A DNA stretch of 61,505 nucleotides, filler included, from Bipalium vagum (lineage: Eukaryota), in NCBI GenBank assembly GCA_037834085.1. It is 3 parts of 3 records of this genome, joined end to end, with 100 filler letters (N's around TTAATTAATTAA, not from the genome) between each part and the next. Parts side by side here need not be neighbours in the genome. Positions count along the whole stretch, not along the records: positions 1 to 29,305 come from JBBMKC010033219.1; 2 more parts are not named here. One strand, given 5' to 3'. Below, one piece after another: positions 12,966-26,760 of this stretch; positions within the stretch are counted from its first letter, which is position 1, and each line of letters starts with the position of its first letter. Below the pieces are notes generated by a model that was not told where the DNA came from, made no database searches, and saw only the letters and a list, made by a program, of their open reading frames with translations. The position numbers were made by a program, and so were the translations under genes.

Positions 12966-13850
12966 TAGGTATCGGATTTTTATGACTTTCTAAAAGCCGA
13001 TATTAGTTTATAAGTTATAATTTAATTAGGCGGGTCATAATTTAAAATTTTAAGTCACATTTATTATTTTAAAACTATAGTTTGTGAAAATAAGCACATT
13101 ATTTCAAGTAACTTAATTTGATGAAATTCAATTTTTAATTTTATGTAATTGTAGTAATGCCCTTAACCAAATTAAATCTTGCAAGTCATTTAAGAAAAAT
13201 GGTTATTGAATTTGGAAAAGAAATCTTTTCCAGTGATGAAGTTATTTTATTTTGCAAAATATACAATACAAAGGTATCTGCCGACAAACGGTTTAATGTG
13301 GAGCAAAATATTTCTAGTAAAAAAACAAGGTCATGGAATCAAAAAGAAAGTAAGAAAGGACAAAAATTGCTCTCAAATATTGTATTAGAAACTGGTACGT
13401 CAGCATTTTCAATATATTTGTGACGCATTTATTTCCGCAAATATTCCAAAATGTACCTTTACTAAGTTTTATTAAATAAACAAGTAATAAAATTTCACAT
13501 GAGTCCACGATACGGAAAATATCTATAGATGTGTGGTATAACTACACAGTAATTGGCATGAGACAGAAGATAAGTGAAAAAAGGCTTCTATTGATGAAAC
13601 CACTGATGCTATTGTAGGTATATTTACGGAATCAGAAGGAAGTAAAACTTTTCTCTTTTTCGTGGTTCTTGAAAAAACGATTAACTTGTTAATTTGCAAG
13701 TTATTCAATGTGTTTATGCTTATGTTATGGTCAGATGAAACCAAACATGAGAATGTCTTATTATTTGAAACCGATGCTGTACCATATATGGTAAAAACAA
13801 GGAAATCTTTACGGTATCTTTAAATAAACATGATTCATGTAACCAAAGGT
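12966..13850 (+). mobile_element. hAT-derived CGGBP1/DUF659-like transposase remnant
   Basis: ORF 13157-13423 MPLTK..LRKMVIEFGKEIFSSDEVILFCK..KVSADKRFNVEQ (degenerate BED finger). Other frames continue with AFISANIP, HESTIRK, SIDETTDA and VLLFETDAVPYMVK. The 5' end is placed tentatively at TAGGTATCGGATTT. Confidence 0.75.
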
Positions 13851-14049
13851 TAATTAAATTTTTAGTGTGATATTTTTACATTTATTTGTCATCAGTTTCT
13901 TTTTTAAAAAAGATAACAATCCGAGCTCTAATAATGATCATAAAGTAAATCATCAGGAAAGGAAAATTCTTCAAAAGGTAAAGCATTTTTAATATATGGC
14001 AATTCATAAGATTGATGTTTGGTTTTATCTCGGATTAGAATTTTTAAAA

Positions 14050-15030
14050 TAAAATTTGACATTATTGGAAACAAAATTTCAGTGCAATTGCAACGGTCAC
14101 AAAATATGCGAGGTGGAAGATGAAGGTATGTAACCACTCGTATGTGTCAAAGAAGGTTCAAAACATTTAATAACGATGAGAACGAACTTTTTGATAAACT
14201 GCATTCCGGCAGACCTGTCGAAATGAATTCTGAAGCGTTACGCAAATCCGTTGAAGCTAATCCGTCGAACAGCACTCGGATATTGGCTGCTGAACTTGGT
14301 GTTGTACAGAGAACAGTTGTTCGACATCTGAAATCAATCTGCTAGATCAAAAAATGATGCAGAGAAGTTCCTAATGAGTTAACACAAAGTCAGGGAAAGC
14401 GACGTATAGAGACATGTACAAGACTGCTTCAAAACCATGTGATGACCAGTTTATTCGCTAAGTTATTATTTCAGATAAAAAATGGATCCACTTCACTATT
14501 CCTGACAAAAAGAATCAATTTCTGGTTATTAGCCAATTAGCCTATGCGTTTCCAAAAAGAGAACGGTTCTCAAAAAAGGCTCTATTTAGCGTTTGGTGGA
14601 ATTTTGAAGGCGTCATCAACTTTGAATTTTTTTTCGAACAGGATGGCCGTAGATGCAGACTTCTATTGTGCTAAAATAGATCTCATGTTTGAAAATATTG
14701 GTAAATAGAAAGCGAATGCTCCTGCAACAAGACAGCGTCAAATCACACACGGCGAAGAAAACAATGGAAAAATTCAAAGAAATAGAATCTGTTGAGCTTT
14801 ACCCCATCTATTGTACAGTCCAGATCTTGCGCTATCGGATTATTATCTTTTCCGATGAATGGCACATTTCCTCAAATGACGTACTTTCAATAACTTGGAC
14901 GAGGTGGAAACGGGTTTTCGAAACTTTTTAATGTCCAAAGACAAGGATTGTTATCATCACGAAATCAAACAGGTGGCAGACATATGGCCTAAGACCATTG
15001 AATGTAATTGACTTTACTTTGATAATTATT
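14050..15030 (+). mobile_element. mariner (DD34D) transposase pseudogene
   Basis: HSGRP, VPNELT, ISDKKWIHF, SVWWNFEGVI, LLQQDSVKSHTAK and SPDLALSDYYLFR across several frames with stops. Confidence 0.88.
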
Positions 15031-17256
15031 AAAAATTTCTTGCTTTTATTTGGTTTTAAGCTATCTTATGACTTTCCATAATAATTTAAATATAGATTTG
15101 AAAGAACAAAAAGAAATTCAAACATACAAAAGAAATAACTTGATGCTAATTTTAATTTTCATAAATGGATAGAACTTTAGTTTTATGAAATGATTTAGGA
15201 TAATATCCGACCGTATATGAGTATAGACCCTGTATTAACAGTTTAAAAACTTGATTTGATCAATCCACTAAATTCTAAATATGCTGTAATTAAAAAATTT
15301 AGGACCTTTTGGAGTAGATGAAAATATTTATATATAAATAATTTTAAAAGCTCTTTTATTGGCATTAACCAATAAATATCAAAATAATAACGGTTAAAAT
15401 ATCTGACTAATGTATCTTTCTGGTTCATATTTTGATAATTAATAATTAAAGGTATATATGGTTTACTCGAAGCTCATTGGAAATTGAATTTACAATCTTT
15501 ATAAACACTTATTTTTAATTATTTTGAAATGAAAAATGTTTTTTGAGACAAAAAATTAAGACAAACATTTTATGAGTTTTAATAATTTAAATTCAAAATA
15601 TACCCACTCAGTAATTTTTAAAAATAACATTTGAGTAAATCAAAATAAATGTGGAGAGTGAAAATAAAAAAAAAACTATGAAATTGTAAAACTTATTTTA
15701 AGCTAGAAAATATTGAAAAAAGTATTTCTGTAATTAAAACATAACCATTATAACATAGACTAATTAACTTTTCCGTTTCTTAATGAATGGTTAGTTGATT
15801 CAACATTCGTCTTAATTTATTGACGAAAGGATTTCACTGTGATTTATCAGTTAATCGAAACTCTCAATACATACGCTTGCTTAAGTTGACAAAAATATTA
15901 TGTATAATTACAGTTTTGCTAAGTTTTCAAGTAAATAAATTAGACCAGCACATTTTAACGTTTCTAATTTTTAATTGCATTTTAAAATACCTTTTCAAAA
16001 TCGAAATTACTTAATATTGAATTATGTACAAAATCAAAGACGTTTTCCAGATATTTATATCTCAGAAGTTTCCATAAATAATGTCATTTTTATGAAAAGA
16101 TACAAAATTCTCAGCACTTAATAGATTTATATATAATTCTTACTATTATTTAGTTGTTTTACTTATCTATTAAATCTATAAATCATAAATGATTTCTCGG
16201 CAATTTAAAATTTAGAAAAAATAGTGAAATGGCAAATAATATATGTAAAATTGAAAAGAACCACATTGTATATTGTATGAGGTTCCAATGTTAAGTTTTA
16301 GACATTGGTATGGATGTAAGAGAGGTGGACAACTTAACATAAACTATTTGTATCAGAAGGATTTATTTTCCGGTAACGTCAGGATCAAACTTAAAATATT
16401 TACATTCAAATTTCAAAGTATGAAAGGTTTAACAAGGTTTGATGTCAAATTATTGTAGGCTGATATAAATCAAAACAAAAATAATATAAAAAATATTGAA
16501 ACAACGTCCGTAACTTTTAATAAAAAAATAACGTTACACATGCATACCCCTAATAAAATATTGCCATTATAATTGAAATTTATTTAATGTTAGTTTATTT
16601 ATAATTATTTTCTGCATTTAATATTTCAGTTTATAATTTTTTAATTTAGAATATTCTTAATTTGGTATTACAATTTTATTTTTCATTTATAGATCACTCA
16701 TCGACATAGTATATAAGTGTGAGTACAAAAACCCCACAAGTATAAGAGATCCTATCATTTTTGAAAGGAAAATTTGTAAAAAATATTTTATTATTATAAT
16801 TTATTATGAAAACTCGACATCGGATACTGACAATTATGCATAGCTATAAAGAATAAGTCATATCTTGTAATATAATTTTCAAAATTAAAAATAATTAATT
16901 AATTTATTGTGCAATTTTTAAAATATAATTAAAAATATTTGGTTAAATTATATTAAAATTATGTTTTAATTTTGCACGTCATTTAAATGATAAATGAAAT
17001 GTTATAAAAATTATTAGACCAGTTTTAGATTTAAATTAATTTTTTAATTCAAATCAATAATATTTCTTTAGGGACTAATGTATGATCAGTAACAAAAATT
17101 GTATTGAATTTTTCAGTTAATGTCAATATGAATTATTTATTTACAATTATAAAATCACTAAAAATTTATTTACCATGCAATAATGGAATCAAATTGATGT
17201 GAATAAATCAATTATTCAGTTTTGTGAAATAAAGAAATTTTTGAAAATAAAATGAT

Positions 17257-17391
17257 NNNNNNNNNNNNNNNNNNNNNNNNNNNNNNNNNNNNNNNNNNNN
17301 NNNNNNNNNNNNNNNNNNNNNNNNNNNNNNNNNNNNNNNNNNNNNNNNNNNNNNNNNNNNNNNNNNNNNNNNNNNNNNNNNNNNNNNNNNN
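17257..17391. other. Assembly gap (135 N)
   Basis: Run of N. Confidence 0.99.
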
Positions 17392-18507
17392 GATAAATAA
17401 ACAGTTTTTAAAAAGTAGTTTAGTGTTTTGCATTTAATGAATAATTTAGGGGAAGAATCCATTCAACTTTTCATGGCGACCACAACTACATAATTACTGG
17501 AAAGATTCATTCCAGAGACTTTTCAAAGGACTGATGATTTAGAGAAGTTCATCAGATCATGCAATCATTTTTTTTATTACTACTATTAGTATTATTACTA
17601 TTTTTAATTTAATTTAATTTATTTAAAGATTATTTGTCGTAAAATTAAATTTTTTATTTTAGAGATAAATTATTTTTTATTAATATATTATTTCATTAAA
17701 TTTTAAAATATTTATTACATAATGATAGAAGAATTAAATAAATTTCTTTAAGTACATTTTCAATTTGATGGATCATGCGAATATCATTTTTTTTTAAAAA
17801 CGAAAATTTAATTTCTTCCATAATATATAAATTTTTATTAATTAATAAGATAATAAATATTCATTCATTTTAAAAATAAATTTATCTTAAAACTATAAAG
17901 CATTCATGTTGAGGATTATATTTGCAATATTATTTTCAATTTTAATCTGAAATGATAAATTGCCTTGTCAAATACCACTAAAATATTTTAATAATTCAAA
18001 ATTCTTAACTTTTATTTTTGTATTATTTATTCTAAATATTAACGTAAAAATAAAAGTTAATTCTTGAAATCCGAGGAACAATCTTTTTACATTAATATTT
18101 CTTTCATTGAAAATCTAGTCAGGAATTAAAAAAATTTTTAATATATTTTCTTTTTTAGGAAATTTTAAAAAATTGAATATTACTTTTTACTTTTATCCAA
18201 AAGAGGAAATTAAGAGTTATTCTAAATATTCCCCGTTTTCATTTTTCTCACTTTTAAAATACTAATTCATAGAATGAGGTAATATTAAAAGGATTTTCAA
18301 AAATATTTTAAGCCATACAATACTTTACCATTATCATCAACAACTTTTCTTTCCTTGCTGTTTAAGCAGCTTCGTAAAACTGTCTAACTTGGGTTATGCA
18401 ATTCGTTTTACAGTACTTTTTAGTGTTTCTTCTGAATCAAATGTTTTTTCACTCAGGTGTCTCTTTAAATGGCTAAATAAATTAAAAAATAAAATGGAAT
18501 GGGGCTA

Positions 18508-18831
18508 TTAGGTTATAACATTGGGAGGTTCTTCCACACCCTGCGTATTCTCAAGATCTTGCGCCAACTGATTTTTATCTTTTCCGCTTGCTGTCAAACC
18601 AAATGAAAAGAACGAGGATGATCTTAAAATTTAGATAAAATATTTCTTTCAGAGCAAATTTAGCAATTTTTGGAATAAAGGTTTCGATAAATTGGTGGAA
18701 AGATGGGAGAATGTTTTAATCAATCAAATTATGTTATCGAACGATTTTCATTATTATTCGTAAAAAAACATGTTTTAATTACTTCATTTTATATATTGTA
18801 AAAAATAACGAAAAATTATGTTACAACCTAA
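18508..18831 (+). mobile_element. Mini-mariner (~325 bp internal-deletion derivative)
   Basis: TA-TTAGGTTATAACAT...ATGTTACAACCTAA-TA inverted termini. The interior encodes WEVLPHPAYSQDLAPTDFYLFR...GFDKLVERWENV. Confidence 0.8.
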
Positions 18832-18899
18832 TAGATCTGGACTATAAGATCGACAATTTATTTTGTATGATGAAAATAATTTACAAATTTTTCTATTTT

Positions 18900-19375
18900 T
18901 AATAATGTGGTGTTCAAATATCCAGATTTCTGTAAATGGTTCAAAATGGTCGATGATGAATACCGAGCTCCTCATCGACTGCTAATATGACTATTTCCTC
19001 CACTTTCTGAATGACTTTTTTGAATAATTGATAAACCACAACTAGATGCGTCTTTGACGTCAAAATTTTCTCGGTAAATCGAGCGAACCATTCACGGATT
19101 GTTCTATCAGATACAGGATCTAAAACATAAGCTATACACAGATTTTTCTGTAACGTACGTAGTATTTTTCTTTTCACAAAATAAAATTTTCAAGTGTCAA
19201 TTTATAGAATTTTATTTATCAAATAAAGATCAAACATTTTAAGTAATGTGAACGTATTGATTATAAGATTTGGAAAATTGAGACATTTTAACAAATTTAA
19301 TATCATTAAAACTATATAAGAATACTTTTCGTTACCAATATATAAAATAATCGGAAACTTTTCAGCAGCCAAATG
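18900..19375 (-). mobile_element. mariner 5' remnant
   Basis: CIAYVLDPVSDRTIREWFARF (mariner N-terminal HTH). The terminus AACTTTTCAGCAGCCAAATG-TA resembles the TIR at 25915. Confidence 0.65.
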
Positions 19376-22354
19376 TATAATTTATAATCATTTCAACAAC
19401 TGGAGATATCTCAGATTTACTTTGCAGATTTATGTTACACATACACTCGTGAATGGTCCATAGAATAACAAAAAATTGAAAAAATTAAAAACTTAGAGGA
19501 AATGAAGTTATTTTATGATCAGTATTAAAGATTGGGTGGCAGTGAAATAAATTAATGTTGACAAAAGACACGCGAATTCAAGGAACATTTAGGAAACCAG
19601 AGAATTCTGAATCTTTCTGTTAAAAGATGATCATAATGATAGATTAGAAACAAATTTTGAAGAAAAATTAAATAAAAGAATAAAGTATGACACAATACGA
19701 GAGCCGATCAACATAACTTCAGATTATGAAATTTCATGATTAAATAAAGAAGTTTTGTTCAGGATTATATAATTTTTATTAAAGAATAAATTGGCGTTGT
19801 TCCCATTTTGTTTTAATGATTCTAATTATATTTATTTAAAAGGTGAAATAAAAAGAATTTTCAAAATTTTTCAATTTTCATTTTATGAGTTTAAGTTATT
19901 AATGTTTATCTCAACAATTTATTATCTGTGGTAACAGATGTCTTGAAGAGTACAAGTATTGATTGTTATAAAATTTATGAGGTTAGAATGTGAATAAAAT
20001 ATATTTTATTTCAGAAATATAACGTGTCCATCATATTCGAAAAAAACAAGGTGTGAACTATTTAAATAAACAAATAAATGTTTTACCCAACATATACTTT
20101 GTATATTTAGTCAGCTTTTGACAAAAAATTAAGCAAAATCACACAGATGCCATATAAAAAGATGTCAAAAATGAATTTAATATTTTCCGGAATACTGTTT
20201 TAAAATTCTAAATAAATTGTTATTTTTGCTACAATCGATAATTGTAACTATGAAGAGAATTATTAACATTTTCATCAATAGAGTTTAAAATTTATTAAAA
20301 ATTCTAAATTTTCCTTTAAATAAATAATTTTTCAAGTGTTCACGTTTTGTATAAATCTTTTGGTGGATCCTGTGAAGACTCTCAGAAACTAATTAAACGA
20401 AGTTAACAATTCATCTGTAACACTTATTTATTATAATAAAATACACACAACCAATATCGATAGATATATCCGACTCTTTATTATACTTTATATAATTGAC
20501 ACATTAAATTCTTAATTATTTACCGAAAGAAATTGAAACCAATTTTTTTATTTTCTTCAAGATAAGTCAACTTGATTTATAGAAGTCGTTTGGGAATTTC
20601 CACAATTGACATTTTAAATTCTGTTGAAGTGATCCTTTACTCACAAATTTTACAAACTATATAGGTGAAAAGTTCAGTAGAAAATTGAGCATTCTTAATC
20701 ATAAACTTCAAGTGAAATTAATTTAAATTAAGAAATAAATTACAAAAATTATAACTATTGGGTAACTCATTAAAAATAATACAACATACAGAGACATCAA
20801 AACTATTCATAATTTTGTTAAATTATTATTTTACTCTTTATTAAAAAAATTATAGCTTTTATTAAATATCTTCAACATTTTATATTATTTTTCTTATATT
20901 GAAATTTAAAGCAAAACGAGTTTTATTTTTTAATGATGTTTTCAAACCTTATTTTAGAAAAAGATAAATTCTCGCAAATCTAACAGAAAAATTGTTATTA
21001 TTATTATCATTATTAGTATATCTGAAAAATAAAATAAAGCTTCGATATTCAGCTTCATAAATCATGGAAATTCAAAATTAGAACTACAATGTTATAAGAA
21101 CGATTGATAAATTAAAACAAATAATATATTCTTTACATGCACACTGTTAGTTATTAATATAACAAATAACATGAAGTTTCTGAATTTCAAAATCTTAAAG
21201 CTTAATGAGATGAGCTCATAATATGTGTAATTAATTAAAAATTTTTAAATATATTTAAAAATATAAAAATTATCAAATAAAATAAATTAATGTTATGATA
21301 AAAGATATAAAGAGAGAAAAAAATCAGAAAATTGTTTATTAGGTTTTTTCTAATATATTTTATTATTGGAAATATTTCAGTACATACTGTGGAGACTATC
21401 AACTCTATAGGTACAATCAAATAATAAATGACGTAAGGCGAGATTCCAGAAACCTAGAGGAAGGGTCAACCACGGATCATCGTATGATTTATTAGATTTT
21501 TTTGTTCATAATAAATTAAATAACTTAAATTCAGGATATGGATCCATAAGCTGCTCTAGCTTATCAGGATATTAACCATATAAATAATAAACAATAAATA
21601 CTTTTAATTAGACTTACCTAAACCGGTTATCAGAAGTTTCTGTTTAATAATTTTAAATAAACATTTGATAAATATTCAATAGAAATCTACCTTCGCAAGC
21701 TTGAGGAACATACAGGTTGTCTCTTGGTACAAATTAATATCTTAACATTAATTAGAACTTATCTAGACTGTCATCAGTCGATATGGTTTCTGATTTTTTA
21801 TTAAACATTATAATAAAATCGATTTTGAAACCAGAGTTAAAGCATCTCAATTGATTTATTGCTATTGTAATTCTAAGTATACATTAATAAACCTCAACTT
21901 TCCCCCTTATTTACTTCACTTTTAATGGAGTCATTGTGTTAGATGGTGAAAGGTTATCTGAACTATCCTCATTTACTCATCACTACCAATTTTTAATAGG
22001 AATTTCTCATCTCTTTATTTAAGAAAAATATTTTTTCAATAAAAAATAATTCCCGTTTGAGTTTAGTTTTTTATAATATTAACTTAGGGAAACAATAAAA
22101 ATATTAAAACATTTCTTAGATTTCTTTACTGGTTGAGGATGAAAAAAATTTTTAATTGAAAATATATATCAAGGTTTTTTAATATTTTGCTGTTAAAGTC
22201 TACCATTTCTTTATAGACAGCTCCATCCGTCTAAATCTATCTAGTTTTATAAGTATGTATAATTTTTTATTAATTATCTCATTTTGCGGCTTTTAATTTG
22301 TTATTATGATATTATTTTCCGAAATAAATGCATAACTCTTAGTCAGGTTTTAAA

Positions 22355-22357
<3 letters not shown>

Positions 22358-22431
<74 letters not shown>

Positions 22432-22440
22432 TTTATTATT
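22358..22440. repeat. (ATT)n microsatellite
   Basis: Near-perfect ATT tandem run. Confidence 0.97.
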
Positions 22441-22889
22441 CATATTTTATATAATAATTTTTTTTACTTAACAAATTAATTTTTATTACTTAATAAAAAA
22501 TAAAATAATAAAATTTTATCTTGGTATGAGAGTTTAATATTACGATAAATTCGAATTATTAAGTTGTCTCATAAATAAAGTACTATTTATCATTGTTTAT
22601 CCACATTAACTGAAATAATTTATAAGCTCATTTTTTAAAATAATATTATTTAAAGGTGCTTTTATAAAAAATTAATGTATTTTTACATTATTTATTAAGA
22701 TTTTTTATTCTTGGAGATGAAATGTACTCAAGAAATGATAACGGTTTGTCTCCTGTATGACTTTAATTGCAGATTAAATGCCAGACAGTCTTATGAAGGG
22801 TTATCTATGGTATTAATCGAATCTATTGGCTTTTTGTTATAGAAAAAATATATTATCACAATTATAAAGATAATCATTATTATCAAAAT

Positions 22890-25372
22890 AGAGTTCTTTG
22901 ATTAGTTTTTTTCTTTCAGGAAATAGAAAGAAATCAACAGGCACCAAGTTAGGAGAATAAGAAGCATGTGATAGGATTTGGATGTCAAGATTATTAATTA
23001 TTTCCATTGCAAACGTGGAGGTGTGTGCATGCGCATTGTCTTGATGAAACCACTAGCTATCCTTAAGGAGATTTTGTTGCATTTTCCGCATGAATAGGCC
23101 TTGTAAAACATTGGAGTAGTACTGACCAGTAATGGTTGCACATTTTTGCAACACCAGTAATGTCAAAGAAAACCAAGTGCATTACTTTTCCAACAAATTT
23201 GATTATTGCTTTGCCATAGTCATAATGATGATACCAGATTTCTTCACAAGTGACAATTGAATTGAGAAAATGATTACCATGAAGCCGATAAAGCTATTCA
23301 ATTGTTGACAAATGGTTATACGATTTTGTCGCTGCGCGTCATTGAGCAGTCTTGGTACCCAATGTGCACACAACTTTTTGTATCACAGAACCTTAGTAAC
23401 AATATGGCGAACTGAACCATAGCTGATACCAACCATCTTTGTTTTTTGTCTCATACTAACCCGCCGAATATCAAGAACCATTACATCAACAAGTCCTACA
23501 TTACCGGGTTCCATTGAATAAGGTCTGCCTGATTTTTCAGAATTCTTAACTGAATCTAAACCAGTTGAAAAACTTTAAACCAGTCAAATGCTTGAGTTCT
23601 TGACATAACATCATAACTATATGCTTTAATGAGCATTTCATAATGTTCTACAGTAGAATACCAAAGTTTAACACAAGCTTTCAAAGCATGAACTTGCTCT
23701 TCTTTACAAGTCATTATATGTATACTTCGACAATAACACAAATACGTCTAAAAATACAGTGCGCCACATATTAATTGCCGCATCTTGTAAAATCAAGAAA
23801 TCTTGATTATTTTTAAACTTTAATTAAATTTTCATAAAATTGATGAAAGTACAAGATATAAGAACTTATTTTAACAGCATTGTATTATTTAAATTATGTT
23901 TGTAATTTAACTAAATTTAATTTGTTTATATAATTCAAAATTTTTCTTGACCATAATTAATTGCAGTACTAAAATGAATTTTGATTTTCTTTATCAATTT
24001 TTGTTTTATACTTAAAATTTTTACAATATATAATAAGTGAGAATTACTAATTATAATTTAAACTGTTTAGTAAATTCTTACCATGCCAAATTTAACCAAA
24101 TTGTCCGACATTGAGAAAGGGATGATTAAGGCCTTCGACGAAGCCGGAAAATCAAACAGATGGATCGGAAATAAGTTAAACAGAAATGAAAGCTCCATAA
24201 GATATTATTTGAAAAATGTAGATAGCAAAAATCGTAAGCCTAGCCCAAAGACAAAGATTTCGCCCAAAACGAAACGATTGATTATTCGCAAAGCCACCAA
24301 TAAATCGATTTCAAACTCGACAATTAAACATGAATTTAACTATCCGCCGTGTTATCAACAATTTCCAAGTCTTAAAATACCAAAAATGATGGTGAAATCA
24401 CCACTGAAAGTTGAACACAAATTGAAGCGCTTACAATGGGCGAAAACTAAAGTAGCATGGGGCGACGAATGGAAGCAGGTCATCTGGAGTGACGAAAAGA
24501 AATTTAATTTATACGGACCAGATGGCCATGCATACCATTGGCATGATTTGAGAAAAGAAAACATGCAATTTTCCAAAAGACACTTGAGCGGAGGATCTTT
24601 AATGATTTGAGCCGGTTTCAATTTCAGTGCAGGTACCAGAGACTCCTGAAAGACAATCTACTACCTTTTATAAAAAATTTTGGCGGATTCAGCCCTGTCT
24701 TTCAGCAAGATAATTGCAGGTGCCATGTATCCCGTTCAACTATGGAATGGCTAAAAGGCAAAAATTTTGAATTTATGGACTGGTTGCCGTACTCATCGGA
24801 TCTAAATCCCATAGAAAACTTATGGGGAGTGTTGGTTCGGAAGGTATATGCAGGTGGAAAGCAATTCAATTCCATTGATGAGCTGCGATCGGCAGTTATT
24901 GGCTGTTGGAAGACATGGATCAATACATCCTGGAAAATTTGGTAACTTCAATGCAAAATAAAATTTATGAGACTATTTATACTCACGGCAGCTAAAATAA
25001 TTATTAGAATCGTATTGGTACATTTTTTGTGAATAAAAATCGATTTTTTGGAAATTGCGGCAATTAATGTGTCGGTTTTTCTTGATATTTTTTTCTTTGC
25101 TTTATATAACTTGTTATATTAAGAATTTTTCAATTATTTTTTTACATTTGCATTAAGACACTAATAGCTACATTGTGTAAATATTTTGAAATCTTTTGAC
25201 AAAAGATAATTTCATTTTTGTAAGTGCGGAAATTAATTTGTGGTGCACTGTATAACAAAAAATTTAGTAAATGTTGACATTTTTTTTATTTTTAGATACA
25301 AAGGACATTAAAGTACAAAATACTATAAAGCACATTTTGTCAGCAGTCCGTTTATTTTTTGATCACTCCTAG
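22890..25372 (-). mobile_element. mariner (irritans-like DD34D) remnant, split by a nested Tc3-like element
   Basis: HALKACVKL..YEMLIKAYSYDVMSRTQAFDWFKVF, KSGRP, WFHQDNAHAH and SYSPNLVPVDFFLFP in 22890-23712. The 5' TIR TA-CTAGGAGTGATCAAAAAATAAACGG lies at 25372, beyond the insertion. Confidence 0.8.
23757..25250 (+). mobile_element. Tc3-like (DD34E) transposon with both ends intact, transposase disrupted
   Basis: TA target duplications at 23755-56 and 25251-52. TIRs CAGTGCGCCACATATTAATTGCCGCA and TGCGGAAATTAATTTGTGGTGCACTG. ORFs 24083-24610 (WSDEKKFNLYGPDGHAYHWHDLRKE) and 24607-24945 (FQQDN..WLPYSSDLNPIENLWG). Confidence 0.93.
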
Positions 25373-25914
25373 TACAATAAAAAAATAATATTAGTAAACA
25401 AATGTTGAATAATAAGAAAATAAAAATATTTATTAATAAATATCCTTTAAAATTATAACGTGTTACATATTATCAGCCCTTGTCGATTAGCCTTGTAGAT
25501 AAGGAAATAGTTTCCCTGGAAAGCTTATGATTTTCTTCACTCATATTCATGATGAACATAAAATAACGTTTTTATACCGATTTCAATGTTTTGCTTTTTC
25601 CACATAACAGTTTTCCTTTATTCCACTACAATTTCAAAACTGTCACCAGGTCTTAATTTGAATAATTTATTCCGCAGAAATCATACAACTTTTATTGGTT
25701 TTTGTATTCTCATATGATATATAGACCTGGTAGCGGTATTAACGCTGTTGAGATTATGATTAATGGGTTAAGTGAGTTTTTGTAGTTCTTTTAGATTTAT
25801 TTGACATTTTAAAGACTACTCAAAATATTCTCACCTTATTGATGAAATTAATTGATTTAATGAGAGGAGATCCATAAAAATGTCATGTTTTCCAATTCAT
25901 CAAGAACTGTTGTA

Positions 25915-26760
25915 CAGATTGGCTGAAAAGTTCTGTTACTTTTTAAAATATATTAAGTAGCACATGAATCGTACCTTGTGGGACTAAGGAGTTCTTAATC
26001 CTTAGAGAATAAAACTGAAAAAAGAAATATTTTTGTATTTTAATACTAGGTCAAGTAATAGGTATTCTAAATTTTTAAACAACTTCAAAATTTATTTCAA
26101 ACACATGACTTAAAATTTTCAGTCAAAGTATTCACCATTGTTATTGATCACTTTAAGGAATCTTACAGACAAATAATGAGTCCCGTCTAGAACAAATTCT
26201 GGCTGCTGGAGCGCGATAAAATCGTCAAGCCATTTTTGAATTTCATCCAGTAATTTGAAGTCTTCATCACACAAGGTGTTTTGCATTGACCGAAATAAAG
26301 AAAGATAATTTTGGTTAATGTCTAGTAAGTAGATCGGGTGCTCCTTCATTTCCTATCCAAGTTTCATTATGGTGTCTTTGAAGTAATAGGTGACTTGATG
26401 TTATAATGCAACGATTTAACAAGTTTTTCTTTTACAGAGTACGGACTTTTCAATTCCAGATTTTAACTCAATTTGAATAATTGATCTTGATAGAGATGGG
26501 CAGTAACTGTTTCAAAGGGGTTCTAAAAGGTCGTTATATAGCACTCCTTTTATGTCATACCAGATACAGATCATTATCATATGTCCAAACAATTAGGCTG
26601 CATGACGTATTATGACTCCAGAATTTACCAATGATTTCTTAAATTTTGGATTTACATAATGAATCCATTTTTTATCCTCCGTAACGATTTTCCATAAAAA
26701 ACCTTTTACAGTGTTTATTGAGAAGTCAAAGACAATGCCAAACGTTTATTTTTGTTAGAT
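25915..26760 (-). mobile_element. mariner (DD34D) 3' remnant
   Basis: FLWKIVTEDKKWIHYVNPK, ICIWYDIKGVLY and ORF 26349-26119 (LFRSMQN..WLDDFIA..KVINNNGEYFD). TIR TA-CAGATTGGCTGAAAAGTT at 25915. Confidence 0.8.

Noticed and set aside
17470-17575. gag-like peptide FIPETFQRTDDLEKFIRSCNHFF
   Set aside because: Too short, with no LTR or pol support nearby.
21600-22000. Possible Gypsy integrase remnant (LYVPQ) on the minus strand
   Set aside because: A single short motif amid many stops.
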